A stretch of 64,000 nt of DNA, from the NCBI RefSeq assembly GCF_001677475.2, contig NZ_CP015229.1; one strand, written 5' to 3'. The position numbers and the translations under genes are program-made. The stretch comes from Escherichia coli. GTDB lineage: Bacteria; Pseudomonadota; Gammaproteobacteria; Enterobacterales; Enterobacteriaceae. The number at the start of each line of letters is the position of its first letter. Position 1 is the stretch's first letter. The notes under the pieces were generated by a model. The model searched no databases and was not told where the DNA came from. It saw nothing but the letters and a program-made list of their open reading frames with translations. Shown piece by piece: positions 18,533 to 29,376 of the stretch.

Positions 18533-19369
18533 ATGGCTAATGAAAAAAAGACATCCCGCAAAAAGTTTCGCGTGGCTGTCTCCGGATCAACTGTTGATGG
18601 CCGTGAAATCAGCCCGGTACATCTGCGTGAAGCCGCCGAGAACTTCAACCCGGATGTTTACGCTGCCCGCGTGAACGTTGAGCACTATCTCTCGCCATGC
18701 CCGTCAAGCGAATTTTCCGCAATGGGCGATGTCACCGCGCTGAGTACGGAAGATATTACGGAAGGCCCGCTGGCCGGACGTACTGCGCTGTATGCAGAAA
18801 TCGAACCGACCGAGCGCATGAAGCAGCTTGTCGCTGACGGCAAGAAAATCTATTCCAGTATCGAACTGCACCCGCAGTTCTCCGTTAACGGGCGCGCCTA
18901 TCTGGTCGGGCTGGCGATGACCGACACCCCGGCAAGCCTGGGCACTGAGCGCCTGAAATTCACGGCACAGCAGCGTCAGGCGGTGATGACGTTCAACAGT
19001 ATCCAGGGTGAAGCACCGCTTATCTCCGAAGCCATCGAGTCTGAAATCATCGAAATGGCAGAACAACGCCAGGAAGAAGGCAGCCAGTGGTTTAACCGCG
19101 TAATGGGGATTATTGGTCGTGGGCGCAAAGCGGATGACGCCAGTTTCTCCCGTATTCAGGAAGCGGTGGAAGGCGTCGCAACGTCACAGGCCGACATTAT
19201 CGACCGTTTTAATGTGCTGGAAACCCGCCATCAGCAGGACCGCCAGAAAATCACGTCACTGACCACAGAGCTGGCAGCACTGAAGGAAAAACTGCGCACG
19301 CAGGACGGCGATCCGCAGAACCGGTTCACCGCAACGGGCGCAGCCTCCGACCAGCTGGCTGACTTCTGA
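18533..19369 (+). CDS. O: capsid scaffolding protein, P2 gpO-like
   Basis: Start MANEKKTSRKKFRVAVSGSTVDGREIS aligns with recalled P2 gpO N-terminus. Confidence 0.8.
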   Translation: MANEKKTSRKKFRVAVSGSTVDGREISPVHLREAAENFNPDVYAARVNVEHYLSPCPSSEFSAMGDVTALSTEDITEGPLAGRTALYAEIEPTERMKQLVADGKKIYSSIELHPQFSVNGRAYLVGLAMTDTPASLGTERLKFTAQQRQAVMTFNSIQGEAPLISEAIESEIIEMAEQRQEEGSQWFNRVMGIIGRGRKADDASFSRIQEAVEGVATSQADIIDRFNVLETRHQQDRQKITSLTTELAALKEKLRTQDGDPQNRFTATGAASDQLADF

Positions 19370-19391
19370 TAAGACAAAGGAGCAAATTTTT

Positions 19392-20444
19392 ATGAATCTG
19401 GTGATGTCAGATATTACCCGCAACAAGCTGGGTTGCTATATGGCGCAGCAGGCGTCGCTTAACAATATCCCGGTATCTGCACTGGTATCGCGATTTACCG
19501 TAGAACCCTCGGTGCAGCAGCGTTTTGAAAACGCAGTAAAGGAGAGCACTGAATTTACAAAAAAAATTAACGTGTTCGGTGTGACCGACCAGAAAGGCGA
19601 AAAAATCCTCCTGGACACCACCGGGCCGATTGCGCGCACGAATACCAGTTATGACGGCACAAAACGCCGTAACCCGAATAACGTGGTTGATCTGAAAAAC
19701 CGCAAATATCAGTGCGAACAGGTGAACTACGACACGTTTATTTCGTATCCGAAGCTTGATGCCTGGGCGGCACACCCTGATTTTCAGTCACGCGTCAGCA
19801 CACGGATTGCCCGGCAGGTGGCGCTTGACCGCATCATGATCGGTTTCAACGGCACGTCTCACGCAGATGAGTCCAACTTCAGCACCAACAATCTGCTTCA
19901 GGACGTTAACGTGGGATGGCTGGAGCACATCAGAACCGACGCCAGCGAGCGCGTAATGAATGACGTGACGCTGACCTCCCGCAACATGGACAACACTGTG
20001 GCGCACGCGGGTAAGTATGCGAACGCTGATGCACTGGTACAGGACGCGCGCTCATCCCTGCTGGATGAATGGCACAAGGAAGCTGACGACCTCGTGGTGA
20101 TTATGGGGCGCAACCTGTTTAACTCGCTGCGTCTGCCCGTACTGAACAGCATCAGCGGCCAGAATCCCAATGCGGAATTACTTGCCGGACAGCTCATCCT
20201 GTCATCGCGCGCCATTGGCGGGCTGGATGTATTCCTTGCGCCGTTCTTCCCGGATGCAACGATGCTGATCACCTCGTTCAACAACCTGTCGATTTACTGG
20301 CAGAAAGGAACAATGCGTCGCCTGATGAAAGACGAGCCGGAATACAACCGCATCGCCACCTACCAGTCCATCAATGACGCTTATGTCGTTGAAGACTATG
20401 GCAAGTGCGCGATGGTCACTGGCCTGAAGTTCGCCGACAGCTAA
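19392..20444 (+). CDS. N: major capsid protein, P2 gpN-like
   Basis: 350 aa; FTVEPSV... and C-terminal YVVEDY motifs as in P2 gpN. Confidence 0.85.
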   Translation: MNLVMSDITRNKLGCYMAQQASLNNIPVSALVSRFTVEPSVQQRFENAVKESTEFTKKINVFGVTDQKGEKILLDTTGPIARTNTSYDGTKRRNPNNVVDLKNRKYQCEQVNYDTFISYPKLDAWAAHPDFQSRVSTRIARQVALDRIMIGFNGTSHADESNFSTNNLLQDVNVGWLEHIRTDASERVMNDVTLTSRNMDNTVAHAGKYANADALVQDARSSLLDEWHKEADDLVVIMGRNLFNSLRLPVLNSISGQNPNAELLAGQLILSSRAIGGLDVFLAPFFPDATMLITSFNNLSIYWQKGTMRRLMKDEPEYNRIATYQSINDAYVVEDYGKCAMVTGLKFADS

Positions 20445-20489
20445 TCAACTCACGGCGGGCATCATACCCGCCTGTAACGGAGAGAAAAA

Positions 20490-21290
20490 ATGATTACTCC
20501 TGCACAGCAACACTGGCAGAACGTGATGGCACAGCGCGCAGGCCGGGCGAATGAAGGCGTGGACCACGCCGCGCGTACCGCGCATGAAGAGGTGCTGTAT
20601 CGTCTGCGTCTGGCACAGGCCCGGCTTAAGGGCGTACAGGCCAGAAGCGCGAAAGCCGCCATCAAAAAAGAGTTGTTGCCGGATTTTTCCGGCTGGATTG
20701 AGGGAACGCTGGAGGCTGACGGCGGGCAGCAGGATGAAGTGATTGCCACGCTGATGGTGTGGGCGATTGACTGCGGCGATCTTCCGCTGGCGTTGCGTAT
20801 TGGTGCGTATGTGGTCCGTCATAACCTCATTATGCCGGATAACTTTGGCCGTACTGCTGCCACGGTACTGACCGAAGAAATCTGCAACCCGGTACTGACG
20901 CAGGCCGGGACGGATGCCGACGCGGATTTATCCGCCTTTATCGAACCACTGGATACCCTCCGGGAGATTGTCACCGACCAGGACATGCCGGACGAAGTGC
21001 GCGCCAAATTATGCAAGGCGTGCGCCTTTGCCCGTCGTGGTCTGAGTGATGCGGACAGCATGGCCCTGTCACTGAAGCTGCTGCGCGAAGCAATGCACCT
21101 GAACCCGAACGCAGGTGTGAAACGCGAGATTGCAACCCTTTCCCGCGCCCTGAAAAAAGCCGATTCCGCAGCCGCACCAGAAGACGCCAGCGCACAGCAA
21201 ACGCAGGACGAAAGCAGCAAAAGTAAAAAGACAACGCGGAAGCCTGCAACACGAAAAACCACCGCGACGCAGAAGGCGAAGCGCGGTTAA
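20490..21290 (+). CDS. M: terminase small (endonuclease) subunit, P2 gpM-like
   Basis: 266 aa; MPDEVRAKL and AGVKKEI-like motifs shared with P2 gpM as recalled. Confidence 0.8.
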   Translation: MITPAQQHWQNVMAQRAGRANEGVDHAARTAHEEVLYRLRLAQARLKGVQARSAKAAIKKELLPDFSGWIEGTLEADGGQQDEVIATLMVWAIDCGDLPLALRIGAYVVRHNLIMPDNFGRTAATVLTEEICNPVLTQAGTDADADLSAFIEPLDTLREIVTDQDMPDEVRAKLCKACAFARRGLSDADSMALSLKLLREAMHLNPNAGVKREIATLSRALKKADSAAAPEDASAQQTQDESSKSKKTTRKPATRKTTATQKAKRG

Positions 21291-21383
21291 CGACTGACCC
21301 CGTCAGCGGGCGGCGTGCGCGGTGTTCCGGTTTGACTCCGTGACCGTTTACACCGCGCACCCACCGCCCGATTTTTTTCAGGA

Positions 21384-21887
21384 GTGAACCCCATGAGTAT
21401 GGTTGCCAGAAATGAACCCAGACCCGCAGAGGACGACATCACCGATACCGATGATGGCGATACCCGCATTTCAGCGGGTGCATTCTGGCCGGATATTGTG
21501 CTGCGCGAGCTGCGTCTGGCGGTACGACTGCCGGGCCGCGTGACTACCTCCCGCCTGCTGCATACTGCCACCGGGGCTGTGGCACACGTTACCCGCGAGC
21601 TGGAAGCATGGCAGCAGGAACAGCAGGCAGCTGGCCATCAGACGCTGGCCGATGTTCCGGCACCCGTAATTAACGGAGAAAGCGTCAATCTCTGGCACTG
21701 GCGCAATGCTGTTTATACCGCCACGCGCGCCCTGATTCTGGAGCGTTATCGTGATGCAGACACAACGGACAAGGGCGACCGCCGGGCGGACGCACTGGAT
21801 ATACAGACATCGGATTTGTGGCGTGATGTGAGCTGGGCCATCTCTGACATTCTGTGCCGCCCACGAATCTTTGCGGAGTTGTGCTGA
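21384..21887 (+). CDS. L: head completion/stabilisation protein, P2 gpL-like
   Basis: 167 aa by synteny. Confidence 0.7.
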   Translation: MNPMSMVARNEPRPAEDDITDTDDGDTRISAGAFWPDIVLRELRLAVRLPGRVTTSRLLHTATGAVAHVTRELEAWQQEQQAAGHQTLADVPAPVINGESVNLWHWRNAVYTATRALILERYRDADTTDKGDRRADALDIQTSDLWRDVSWAISDILCRPRIFAELC

Positions 21888-22087
21888 TGAAAGTAAAGGC
21901 ACTGGAAGGCGACACCGTGGATTCGCTCTGTTTCCGGTACTACGGCACGACGCAGGGCGTCACCGAAAAGGTGCTGGATGCCAACCCCGGACTCTGTCAG
22001 CAGGTATTTCTGGACGCCGGGCAGGAAGTGGAGATGCCGGAGCCGGAGAAGAAGAAACGAGAAATGATTCAGTTGTGGGGGGAGTAG
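21887..22087 (+). CDS. X: tail protein X, P2 gpX-like
   Basis: 66 aa; ATG overlaps L stop (ATGA). Confidence 0.7.
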   Translation: MKVKALEGDTVDSLCFRYYGTTQGVTEKVLDANPGLCQQVFLDAGQEVEMPEPEKKKREMIQLWGE

Positions 22088-22089
22088 CA

Positions 22090-22413
22090 GTGAGCACCAT
22101 TCAAACAGGGATCACAGAGCAGGTTATTGCGTGGCTCTTTGACCACCTGCCAACGGTGTATGCAGTAGGCGCGGCGGTCAGCATTTCCGCGCTGATGAGT
22201 CTTTATGACGGACGAACACTGGTTCAGACCGTAACGGGATCGCTGGCGTGCGGCGTTCTTGCCATGGCCGTGGCCGGGTCGTTGCGCTTCTTCGGGTTTC
22301 CTGAAGATGCCGTGACGTTTATCGGCGCATCAATCGGTTTTATGGGGGCAGAGAAAGCACGCGACAAGGTTATTGCGGCCTTTAATCGCAGGGTGAAGGA
22401 GAAGGACGAATGA
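22090..22413 (+). CDS. Y: holin (P2 gpY position)
   Basis: GTG start after RBS; about 107 aa with hydrophobic helices; precedes the endolysin. Confidence 0.6.
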   Translation: MSTIQTGITEQVIAWLFDHLPTVYAVGAAVSISALMSLYDGRTLVQTVTGSLACGVLAMAVAGSLRFFGFPEDAVTFIGASIGFMGAEKARDKVIAAFNRRVKEKDE

Positions 22414-22802
22414 GCAACACATTTAAATTCAGCAGCCGGAGCGAAATGAATTTGCAGGGCGTAAATCCTGATCTGGTGAAAGTGACCCGACGGGCACTGG
22501 AAATCTCGGAAGTGGATTTTGGTATCACCGAAGGGTTGCGCAGCCGTTACCGCCAGAAGCAACTTGTGGCCACAGGTAAGAGCCAGACCATGAACAGCCG
22601 CCACCTTACGGGGCATGCCGTGGATGTTGTGGCTTATATCGGCAGCCAGGTGTCATGGGAATGGCCGCTGTACGAAAAAATCGCAGCAGCATTCAGACAG
22701 GCCAGCCGGGAACTGAATATTCCGGTGGAATGGGGCGGCGACTGGAAGACCCTGAAAGACGGACCGCATTTTCAGTTACCACACGGAGCCTATCCGGCAT
22801 GA
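22410..22802 (+). CDS. endolysin, peptidase M15 (L-Ala-D-Glu endopeptidase) type
   Basis: 130 aa; HLTGHAVD ... GGDW ... DGPH motifs resemble T5-type endolysin rather than P2 lysozyme K. Confidence 0.7.
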   Translation: MSNTFKFSSRSEMNLQGVNPDLVKVTRRALEISEVDFGITEGLRSRYRQKQLVATGKSQTMNSRHLTGHAVDVVAYIGSQVSWEWPLYEKIAAAFRQASRELNIPVEWGGDWKTLKDGPHFQLPHGAYPA

Positions 22803-23206
22803 AGCTCTGGCCCACGCTGGGTGTCGCTTTCCTTCTGATTGCCGCATGGGGAACATCCATGCGTCTGTCGTGGTCGCTGGGCCGGGAGAACGCCAGAAAC
22901 GAAGCGCAGGCCAGCACCCTGAAAAGTACCGCCGACACCCTGAATATCATCAGCGCCGGGGTACAGGATATGCAGCAGGTGCTGGCGCAACTCCGCGTGG
23001 AAAATCAGCAACGCAATCAGGACGGAGAGGTAAGACGTGAACAGCTACGCAACGATATTGCAAAAGATGAATGCGCCCACGCTTTGCCTGACGCTCGTTT
23101 TACTGACAGGCTGCGCAGGCACGCAGAACGCGCCACTGCCAGCGCCGTCAGTCCGGCTTATACCGCAGACGCTGACCATACCGGTAACGCCTCCCCCCTT
23201 CCCTGA
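22799..23206 (+). CDS. lysB: i-spanin (LysB-like)
   Basis: 135 aa with N-terminal TM helix; follows endolysin. Confidence 0.65.
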   Translation: MKLWPTLGVAFLLIAAWGTSMRLSWSLGRENARNEAQASTLKSTADTLNIISAGVQDMQQVLAQLRVENQQRNQDGEVRREQLRNDIAKDECAHALPDARFTDRLRRHAERATASAVSPAYTADADHTGNASPLP

Positions 23207-23357
23207 TACTCCCACATGGGGAAATCTCGGTATATGGGGCGACCGCCTTCTGGATGCACTGGAAACCTGTAACGCGGATAAACGGGCCATTGAATTACTG
23301 GAACAGCGCAGGCTGCAACGACTGAACAACGAGGACAACAACCATGCTGAAAACTGA
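23037..23357 (+). CDS. lysC: o-spanin lipoprotein (LysC-like), embedded/overlapping in lysB
   Basis: Lipobox LLTGC; alternative-frame overlap with lysB; real start may be the internal Met (MNAPTL...). Confidence 0.6.
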   Translation: MNSYATILQKMNAPTLCLTLVLLTGCAGTQNAPLPAPSVRLIPQTLTIPVTPPPFPDTPTWGNLGIWGDRLLDALETCNADKRAIELLEQRRLQRLNNEDNNHAEN

Positions 23358-23811
23358 TTCCCTGCGTGAAGCCATGACCCGTTCATGCCGATGGTGTCAG
23401 GCCAACCCGGAAAAATTCACCATTTTCGTGGAGAGCGGCAACATTGAAACGACAGGAGAAACCCCATCGTTTGTTTACCGCTATCAGATGGTGATGTTTG
23501 TCATGGATTACGCCGGGGAGCTGGACGACCTCACGCTGCCGCTGCTGGCGTGGTTATCCGAAAATCAGCCACAGTTGTTGCTCAACCCGGAGCGTAATCA
23601 GGACATCAAATTCTCCGCCGTTATCAATGACGATGACAGCGCCGATCTCCTGTTTACGCTCCCCCTGCGGGAACGCGTTCGCATCACGCGCAGCAGTCAG
23701 GGCACACCGCAGGCAGAACACCTGCCGGAGCCAAAACCACGCCTGCCATCTTCCGAAGGCGACTGGTCGCATGTATTCCGGGATGTGACGTGGGGTGAAA
23801 GCGATGGATAA
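23344..23811 (+). CDS. R: tail completion protein, P2 gpR-like
   Basis: 155 aa; synteny. Confidence 0.75.
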   Translation: MLKTDSLREAMTRSCRWCQANPEKFTIFVESGNIETTGETPSFVYRYQMVMFVMDYAGELDDLTLPLLAWLSENQPQLLLNPERNQDIKFSAVINDDDSADLLFTLPLRERVRITRSSQGTPQAEHLPEPKPRLPSSEGDWSHVFRDVTWGESDG

Positions 23812-24439
23812 GGCATTCACCCGCGTGGATGAAACCTTTGAGGCCATCCGCGACAGCCTGAATCAGCAGGCCATCAATAACATCGCCAGAAAGCTGGCAC
23901 AGGATTTACGCCGCGCCCAGCAGGCGCGTATCCGGTCACAGAAAGCGCCGGACGGGACCGCGTGGACACCACGCAGACGCCGCGTAACCCGGATACAGGA
24001 ACGCATTCGCTTTATCTGGAATAACGAAGCACGCACGCTGAAAAACTGGCATCACGACACGGGGAAATACGGGCGAACCATTACCGGGTGGGATGAGGAT
24101 AAAAACAATATCCGCACGTTTTACCGGGATGACATCGACCGTTTTCTGGAAATACGCACCCGGCGCATCAACCAGGACAGCACAAAGCGCGTCCCCATGT
24201 TCGTAAAACTGCGCACCGCCCGCTACCTGAAAGCCCGTGCAGATGCTTCCGGTGTGACGGTGGGTTACAGCGGCGTGGCTGCACGTATTGCACGCGTTCA
24301 TCAGTTTGGTGAGCGCGATCAGGTTGCGCCGGGCATTTTCACCGATTACCCGGTACGTGAGCTGTTGGGCATCAGTCAGGCAGATGAACGCCTGATTTAT
24401 AACACGGTGCTGGGCCGGATTGCGGAGGCTGTACGGTGA
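23795..24439 (+). CDS. S: tail completion / virion morphogenesis protein, P2 gpS-like (longer than P2 S)
   Basis: 214 aa by synteny. Confidence 0.65.
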   Translation: MKAMDKAFTRVDETFEAIRDSLNQQAINNIARKLAQDLRRAQQARIRSQKAPDGTAWTPRRRRVTRIQERIRFIWNNEARTLKNWHHDTGKYGRTITGWDEDKNNIRTFYRDDIDRFLEIRTRRINQDSTKRVPMFVKLRTARYLKARADASGVTVGYSGVAARIARVHQFGERDQVAPGIFTDYPVRELLGISQADERLIYNTVLGRIAEAVR

Positions 24440-25017
24440 GCGCAGAACTCATGCGGCTGCTGAGCAACATCATCCGCACCGGGATCATCTCTGAAGTTGA
24501 TGAGGAATCCTGGTGCGTGCGCGTTCGCAGCGGCGAACTGGAAACAGGCTGGCTGCGCTGGAACACCACTCGCGCGGGAGCCTTCAATGTGTGGCTGCCG
24601 CCATCACCAGGCGAACAGGTGGTAATTGCCTGCATCGGCGGCAACCCGGAAACCGCCATGATAATTGGCAGCCTGTGGAGTGATGCCAGTCCGGCCCCCG
24701 GCAAAAGCCTGAAAGAAATCGTGATCAGCGCGCCGGACGGCGCGGTGTTCCGCTACGACGCGGACGCTGGCGCACTGAGCGCCAGCGGCATGAAAACGGC
24801 CACTTTACAGGCATCCGTCAGCGTGACACTGGATACGCCCGTCGTGGAATGCACAAACCTTCTGAGAACGGCGACGCTTGACGTCACAAAAGGAGGAAAG
24901 ATGAGCGGCAATATCACGCACAGCGGCGGCAACTTCACCTCAAACGGCATTACCGTGCATACGCATAAACACGGTGGCGTGAAAGGCGGCAGCGATTCGA
25001 CAGGAGGCCCGCAGTGA
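24436..25017 (+). CDS. V: baseplate spike protein, P2 gpV-like
   Basis: 193 aa; synteny. Confidence 0.8.
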   Translation: MSAELMRLLSNIIRTGIISEVDEESWCVRVRSGELETGWLRWNTTRAGAFNVWLPPSPGEQVVIACIGGNPETAMIIGSLWSDASPAPGKSLKEIVISAPDGAVFRYDADAGALSASGMKTATLQASVSVTLDTPVVECTNLLRTATLDVTKGGKMSGNITHSGGNFTSNGITVHTHKHGGVKGGSDSTGGPQ

Positions 25018-25364
25018 CAACCCGCTACACAGGAATGAACCCGGACGGAACGGGAAACCTGAACGATATGGAGCACCTGAAACAGTCAGTCAGGGACATC
25101 CTGACCACCCCGCTGGCAAGCCGGGTTATGCGACGGGAATATGGCAGCCTTGTGCCTGATTTGATTGACGAACCCATGAATAACACCACGCGTCTGCAAT
25201 GCATGAGTGCTGCCGTGATTGCACTGACACGATGGGAACCCCGCATTGCCCTGGACGCCATCGACGTTGTCTGGAAGGCAGGAGGCCGCGCCGGGGTGAC
25301 GCTGTCGGGCACTGTCATGCAGACCATGCAGAATGTTGAATTAACCATCACGCTGAGGGAGTAA
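25014..25364 (+). CDS. W: baseplate protein, P2 gpW-like
   Basis: 116 aa; synteny. Confidence 0.8.
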   Translation: MTTRYTGMNPDGTGNLNDMEHLKQSVRDILTTPLASRVMRREYGSLVPDLIDEPMNNTTRLQCMSAAVIALTRWEPRIALDAIDVVWKAGGRAGVTLSGTVMQTMQNVELTITLRE

Positions 25365-25367
25365 ATC

Positions 25368-26264
25368 ATGCCTGCCGTTGACCTTTCACAGTTACCGGAA
25401 CCCGCCATCATCGCGGAGCCTGACTTTGAGGCAATTCTGGCTGACACAAAGGCCATGATGATTGCGTCCTATCCCGCCGAACAGCGTGAAGCCGTCTCCG
25501 CCGCGCTGGAGCTGGAATCGGAACCCCTGAACGTTATCGCCCAGACAACAGCGTTTCGTGAAATGCTGTTACGCCAGCGGGTCAATGAGGGGGCACGCGC
25601 CTGCATGTTAAGCCACAGCGCCGGGACAGACCTGGACAACCTCGCGGGCAATATGAACACAAAGCGCCTGACCATCACTCCGGCAACGGATACCACCGAC
25701 GCGGTGATGGAGAGCGACACCTCGCTGAGACTGCGGGCGCAGCGGGCGTATGACGGCCTGAGTGTTGCAGGCCCGTCAGGCGCATACGAGTATTTTGCAC
25801 GCAGCGCCAGCGGTCTGGTGCGTGATGCGCGGGCCATCAGCCCGTCTCCGGCCTGTGTGACGGTTTCCATTCTGTCCACTGAAGGCGACGGCACAGCAAC
25901 GGAGGCGTTGCTTAATACCGTTCGCGCCGTTCTGAATGCAGAGGATACCCGCCCGGTGGCCGACCGCCTTACTGTACAGAGCGCCAGAATCGTGACATGG
26001 CGGCTGAATGCAAAACTGTACTTTTACCCCGGCCCGGAATCCGAACCTATTCTGGCCGCGGCGGAATCGTCATTCAGGAAGTGGCTGGCTGAACAGGGGC
26101 TTATCGGTCAGGACGTGGCGTTGTCCGCCATTGCTGCCGCACTGCATGTGCACGGTGTGCAACGCGTGGAGATAATCGAACCCACACAGAATATGGCCAT
26201 CAGCGACATACAGGCGGCGCGCTGTGAGTCATTCACCATCAGCGAAGGTGGACGCAATGAGTAA
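25368..26264 (+). CDS. J: baseplate protein, P2 gpJ-like
   Basis: 298 aa; synteny. Confidence 0.8.
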   Translation: MPAVDLSQLPEPAIIAEPDFEAILADTKAMMIASYPAEQREAVSAALELESEPLNVIAQTTAFREMLLRQRVNEGARACMLSHSAGTDLDNLAGNMNTKRLTITPATDTTDAVMESDTSLRLRAQRAYDGLSVAGPSGAYEYFARSASGLVRDARAISPSPACVTVSILSTEGDGTATEALLNTVRAVLNAEDTRPVADRLTVQSARIVTWRLNAKLYFYPGPESEPILAAAESSFRKWLAEQGLIGQDVALSAIAAALHVHGVQRVEIIEPTQNMAISDIQAARCESFTISEGGRNE

Positions 26265-26865
26265 TTCGTTGTTACCACCATCAGCCAGCAATTTCATGCG
26301 TTGTGCCGAAGCCGTCGGAACACGCATTACAGACATTCCGGTAGACCTCAACACGCTGTGGTCGCCGGACACCTGCCCGGTGCATCTGCTGCCTTATCTC
26401 GCCTGGGCGTTTTCCGTTGACCGCTGGGATCGCAACTGGCCGGAAGAGACAAAGCGACAGGTGATTCGTGATGCATGGCTGATACACCGACACAAAGGGA
26501 CCATCAGCGCACTGCGAAGAGCCGTGGAGCCTCTCGGCTACCTGATTGAAGTAAAGGAGTGGTGGCAACTCAACGAGGAGCCGGGAACATTTCGCATTGT
26601 TGTCGGAGTACTTGATCAGGGCATCACCGATGAAATGTATCAGGAACTTGAGCGCCTTATTGCGGATGCAAAACCAGTAAGTCGCCATCTGACGGGGCTG
26701 GCGATCAGCCTGAGTGTGAACGGAAAGATTTTCGTTGGTACGGGATGCTATCACGGCGATGCCCTGACGGTTTATCCCTACACCCCGGAGTCCATTATTG
26801 TCGAAGGGGATTATTTCCCTGCCCCGGCCATTCATTTAATTGATAATCTGAGAGTAAACGCATGA
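26257..26865 (+). CDS. I: baseplate/tail protein, P2 gpI-like
   Basis: about 202 aa; start overlaps J stop. Confidence 0.75.
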   Translation: MSNSLLPPSASNFMRCAEAVGTRITDIPVDLNTLWSPDTCPVHLLPYLAWAFSVDRWDRNWPEETKRQVIRDAWLIHRHKGTISALRRAVEPLGYLIEVKEWWQLNEEPGTFRIVVGVLDQGITDEMYQELERLIADAKPVSRHLTGLAISLSVNGKIFVGTGCYHGDALTVYPYTPESIIVEGDYFPAPAIHLIDNLRVNA

Positions 26866-28346
26866 CAGTGAAATACTACGCCATTCTGACTAATCAGGGC
26901 GCGGCACGACTGGCTAACGCGACGATGCTCGGCAGTAAGCTGAATCTGACGCAAATGGCCGTTGGTGATGCAAATGGTGTGTTACCAACACCAGACCCTG
27001 CACAAACAAAACTGATTAACCAGAAACGCATTGCACCGCTGAATCTTCTGAGTATTGACCCGAACAACCAGAACCAGATTATCGCGGAGCAAATCATCCC
27101 TGAGAACGAGGGCGGATTCTGGATCCGTGAGATTGGTCTTTATGATGATGAAGGCGTACTCATTGCGGTGGCAAACTGCCCGGAAACGTACAAACCGCAG
27201 TTGCAGGAAGGCAGTGGACGCACCCAGACTATCCGCATGATTCTGGTTGTCACGAACACCGAAGCCATCACGCTGAAAATCGACCCGTCTGTGGTTCTGG
27301 CAACCCGCAAATATGTGGATGACAAAATCTCAGAGCACGAGCAGTCACGACGTCACCCGGACGCCTCGCTGACTGTAAAAGGTTTTACTCAGTTAAGCAG
27401 CGCAATTAACAGTGAATCAGAAACACTGGCCGCAACACCGAAAGCGGTTAAGGCTGCATATGACCTGGCTAACGGGAAATATACCGCCCAGAACGCCACC
27501 ACAACACAAAAAGGGATTGTTCAGCTCAGTAGCGCCACAAACAGCACGTCTGAAACGCTGGCAGCGACACCAAAAGCTGTTAAGGCGGTAATGGATGAAA
27601 CGAGCAAGAAAGCACCATTAAACAGCCCGGCACTGACCGGAACGCCAACAACACCAACAGCGCCACAGGGGACTAATAGTACCCAGATCGCAAGCACGGC
27701 TTTCGTTATGGCCGCGATTGCCGCACTTGTAGATTCGTCACCTGATGCACTGAACACGCTGAACGAACTGGCTGCGGCGCTGGGCAATGACCCGAATTTT
27801 GCGACCACCATGACTAACGCGCTTGCGGGTAAGCAACCGAAGGATGCCACCCTGACGGCGCTGGCGGAGCTTGCTACATCAGCAGATAAACTCCCATATT
27901 TTACAGGGGCAGATCGTGCCGCGTTAACCGCGTTGACAAGTGTTGGACGTGCCATTCTTGGTAAAACCAGCACTCAGGGAGTTCTTGATTACCTTGGTTT
28001 GGGAGAAGCGGCTAAAAGGAATGTAGGGACAGGGGCGAATCAGATACCTGATATGGGTAGCTTCACGCTTTCTGTTTCAGGTACTGGATATCAAAAATTA
28101 CCATCAGGTTTTATTCTTCAGTGGGGATCAATCGGCGCACCAGGCATTGCACAGGATGTAGTAACCCATTTCCCGATTGCATTTCCAAACAGATGTCTGC
28201 GTGTTTTGGTCTCACAAGACTACACACCAGATAGCGGGGCTGTTGGTTATATTGCCTGTGCAGGTTTTAGTCCCGACCCGGTTAAATTTATATCCAGAGC
28301 CAGTACTCCTGGCCTCGGCGCTTCATTTTTAGCGTTAGGCTGTTAA
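26862..28346 (+). CDS. H: tail fibre protein, P2 gpH-like; C-terminal variable part lies in an invertible segment
   Basis: 494 aa; conserved N-terminus [20 protein letters not shown]; repeated [11 protein letters not shown] motifs. Confidence 0.85.
   Translation: MTVKYYAILTNQGAARLANATMLGSKLNLTQMAVGDANGVLPTPDPAQTKLINQKRIAPLNLLSIDPNNQNQIIAEQIIPENEGGFWIREIGLYDDEGVLIAVANCPETYKPQLQEGSGRTQTIRMILVVTNTEAITLKIDPSVVLATRKYVDDKISEHEQSRRHPDASLTVKGFTQLSSAINSESETLAATPKAVKAAYDLANGKYTAQNATTTQKGIVQLSSATNSTSETLAATPKAVKAVMDETSKKAPLNSPALTGTPTTPTAPQGTNSTQIASTAFVMAAIAALVDSSPDALNTLNELAAALGNDPNFATTMTNALAGKQPKDATLTALAELATSADKLPYFTGADRAALTALTSVGRAILGKTSTQGVLDYLGLGEAAKRNVGTGANQIPDMGSFTLSVSGTGYQKLPSGFILQWGSIGAPGIAQDVVTHFPIAFPNRCLRVLVSQDYTPDSGAVGYIACAGFSPDPVKFISRASTPGLGASFLALGC
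27982..28007. repeat. hix/gix-like crossover site inside gene H (ttcttgattaccttggtttgggagaa)
   Basis: Resembles recalled hixL; a 15-bp core ttggtttgggagaag recurs inverted at 29815-29840. Confidence 0.6.
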
Positions 28347-28367
28347 TTTAGCTATATGGAGTGAAAA

Positions 28368-28808
28368 ATGAATTACATATATTCCGCGACTACAAACTCT
28401 TTCTATCCGCTGGAGATGAAAGAGGATTACACTCAAGCTGACTCATGGCCAGATGATGCTGTTGAAGTTGATGAGCAAGTGTATATTGAGTTTTCCGGAT
28501 TACCGCCGAAAGGAAAAATCCGTATCGCTGGAGAAAATGGTTTTCCTGCATGGTCTGAAATTCCACCACCAACACATGAGGAACAAATTGCTGCAGCCGA
28601 ATTGGAGAAGCAGCAATTGATTAATCAGGCCAACGATTATATGAACAGTAAACAATGGCCTGGTAAAGCGGCTATTGGTCGTCTGAAAGGTGAGGAACTG
28701 GCGCAATATAATTTGTGGCTGGATTATCTGGACGCACTGGAACTGGTTGATACCTCCAGTGCTCCAGATATTGAATGGCCTACGCCTCCGGCAGTTCAGG
28801 CCAGATGA
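28368..28808 (+). CDS. G: tail fibre assembly chaperone (P2 gpG-like)
   Basis: 146 aa directly after H. Confidence 0.8.
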   Translation: MNYIYSATTNSFYPLEMKEDYTQADSWPDDAVEVDEQVYIEFSGLPPKGKIRIAGENGFPAWSEIPPPTHEEQIAAAELEKQQLINQANDYMNSKQWPGKAAIGRLKGEELAQYNLWLDYLDALELVDTSSAPDIEWPTPPAVQAR

Positions 28809-29376
28809 CATCCGGCGCGGTGCTGGTATCTGTTGCCGTCACCGCGTCAATGTAATCCAGCACAGCGTTAAGTCTGGTTGTTTCTGCCTGCGTCAGTTTA
28901 CGTCCGGCCTGTAATTTCAGCTGAATCAGACTAATGGAAGCCATTGCTGCATCAATCAGTGACTGGCGCTGTGCTTCTGCCGTTTCTACTGCGGCACCGT
29001 GTTGTGCCTCAGTATCTGTCACCCATTTCTCACCATCCCATTTATCATATGGCGTTAACGGTGAAAGCGTGACATAACCGTTTTTGATGGCACCGATATA
29101 ATCCACTGTAACAGCAGCACCATTTTCGATTGAGTAAACAGTCTCATTGCGATGGTCTTCTTCATGGCTCCATCCCTTACCTGTAAATACTGCCACTCTT
29201 CCCGGAATGTTTTTGCCAGGGTCAATTCCAGTGGAACAGGCGGGCATACTTACGCCAGTATTAATATATTCATCAGACCAGCCCGTATACTCAGATGTTT
29301 CAGCATCATAATAAAAACAACGCATATCGCCCGGCACTGTAGCCAGTCCATTTTCATCAAAAATTGGGGTCATCAT
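28780..29376 (-). CDS. alternative tail fibre assembly chaperone (tfa'), convergent with G
   Basis: 198-aa minus-strand ORF; C-terminus ...IWPELPEA parallels G C-terminus ...IEWPTPPA. Confidence 0.75.
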   Translation of the reverse strand: MMTPIFDENGLATVPGDMRCFYYDAETSEYTGWSDEYINTGVSMPACSTGIDPGKNIPGRVAVFTGKGWSHEEDHRNETVYSIENGAAVTVDYIGAIKNGYVTLSPLTPYDKWDGEKWVTDTEAQHGAAVETAEAQRQSLIDAAMASISLIQLKLQAGRKLTQAETTRLNAVLDYIDAVTATDTSTAPDVIWPELPEA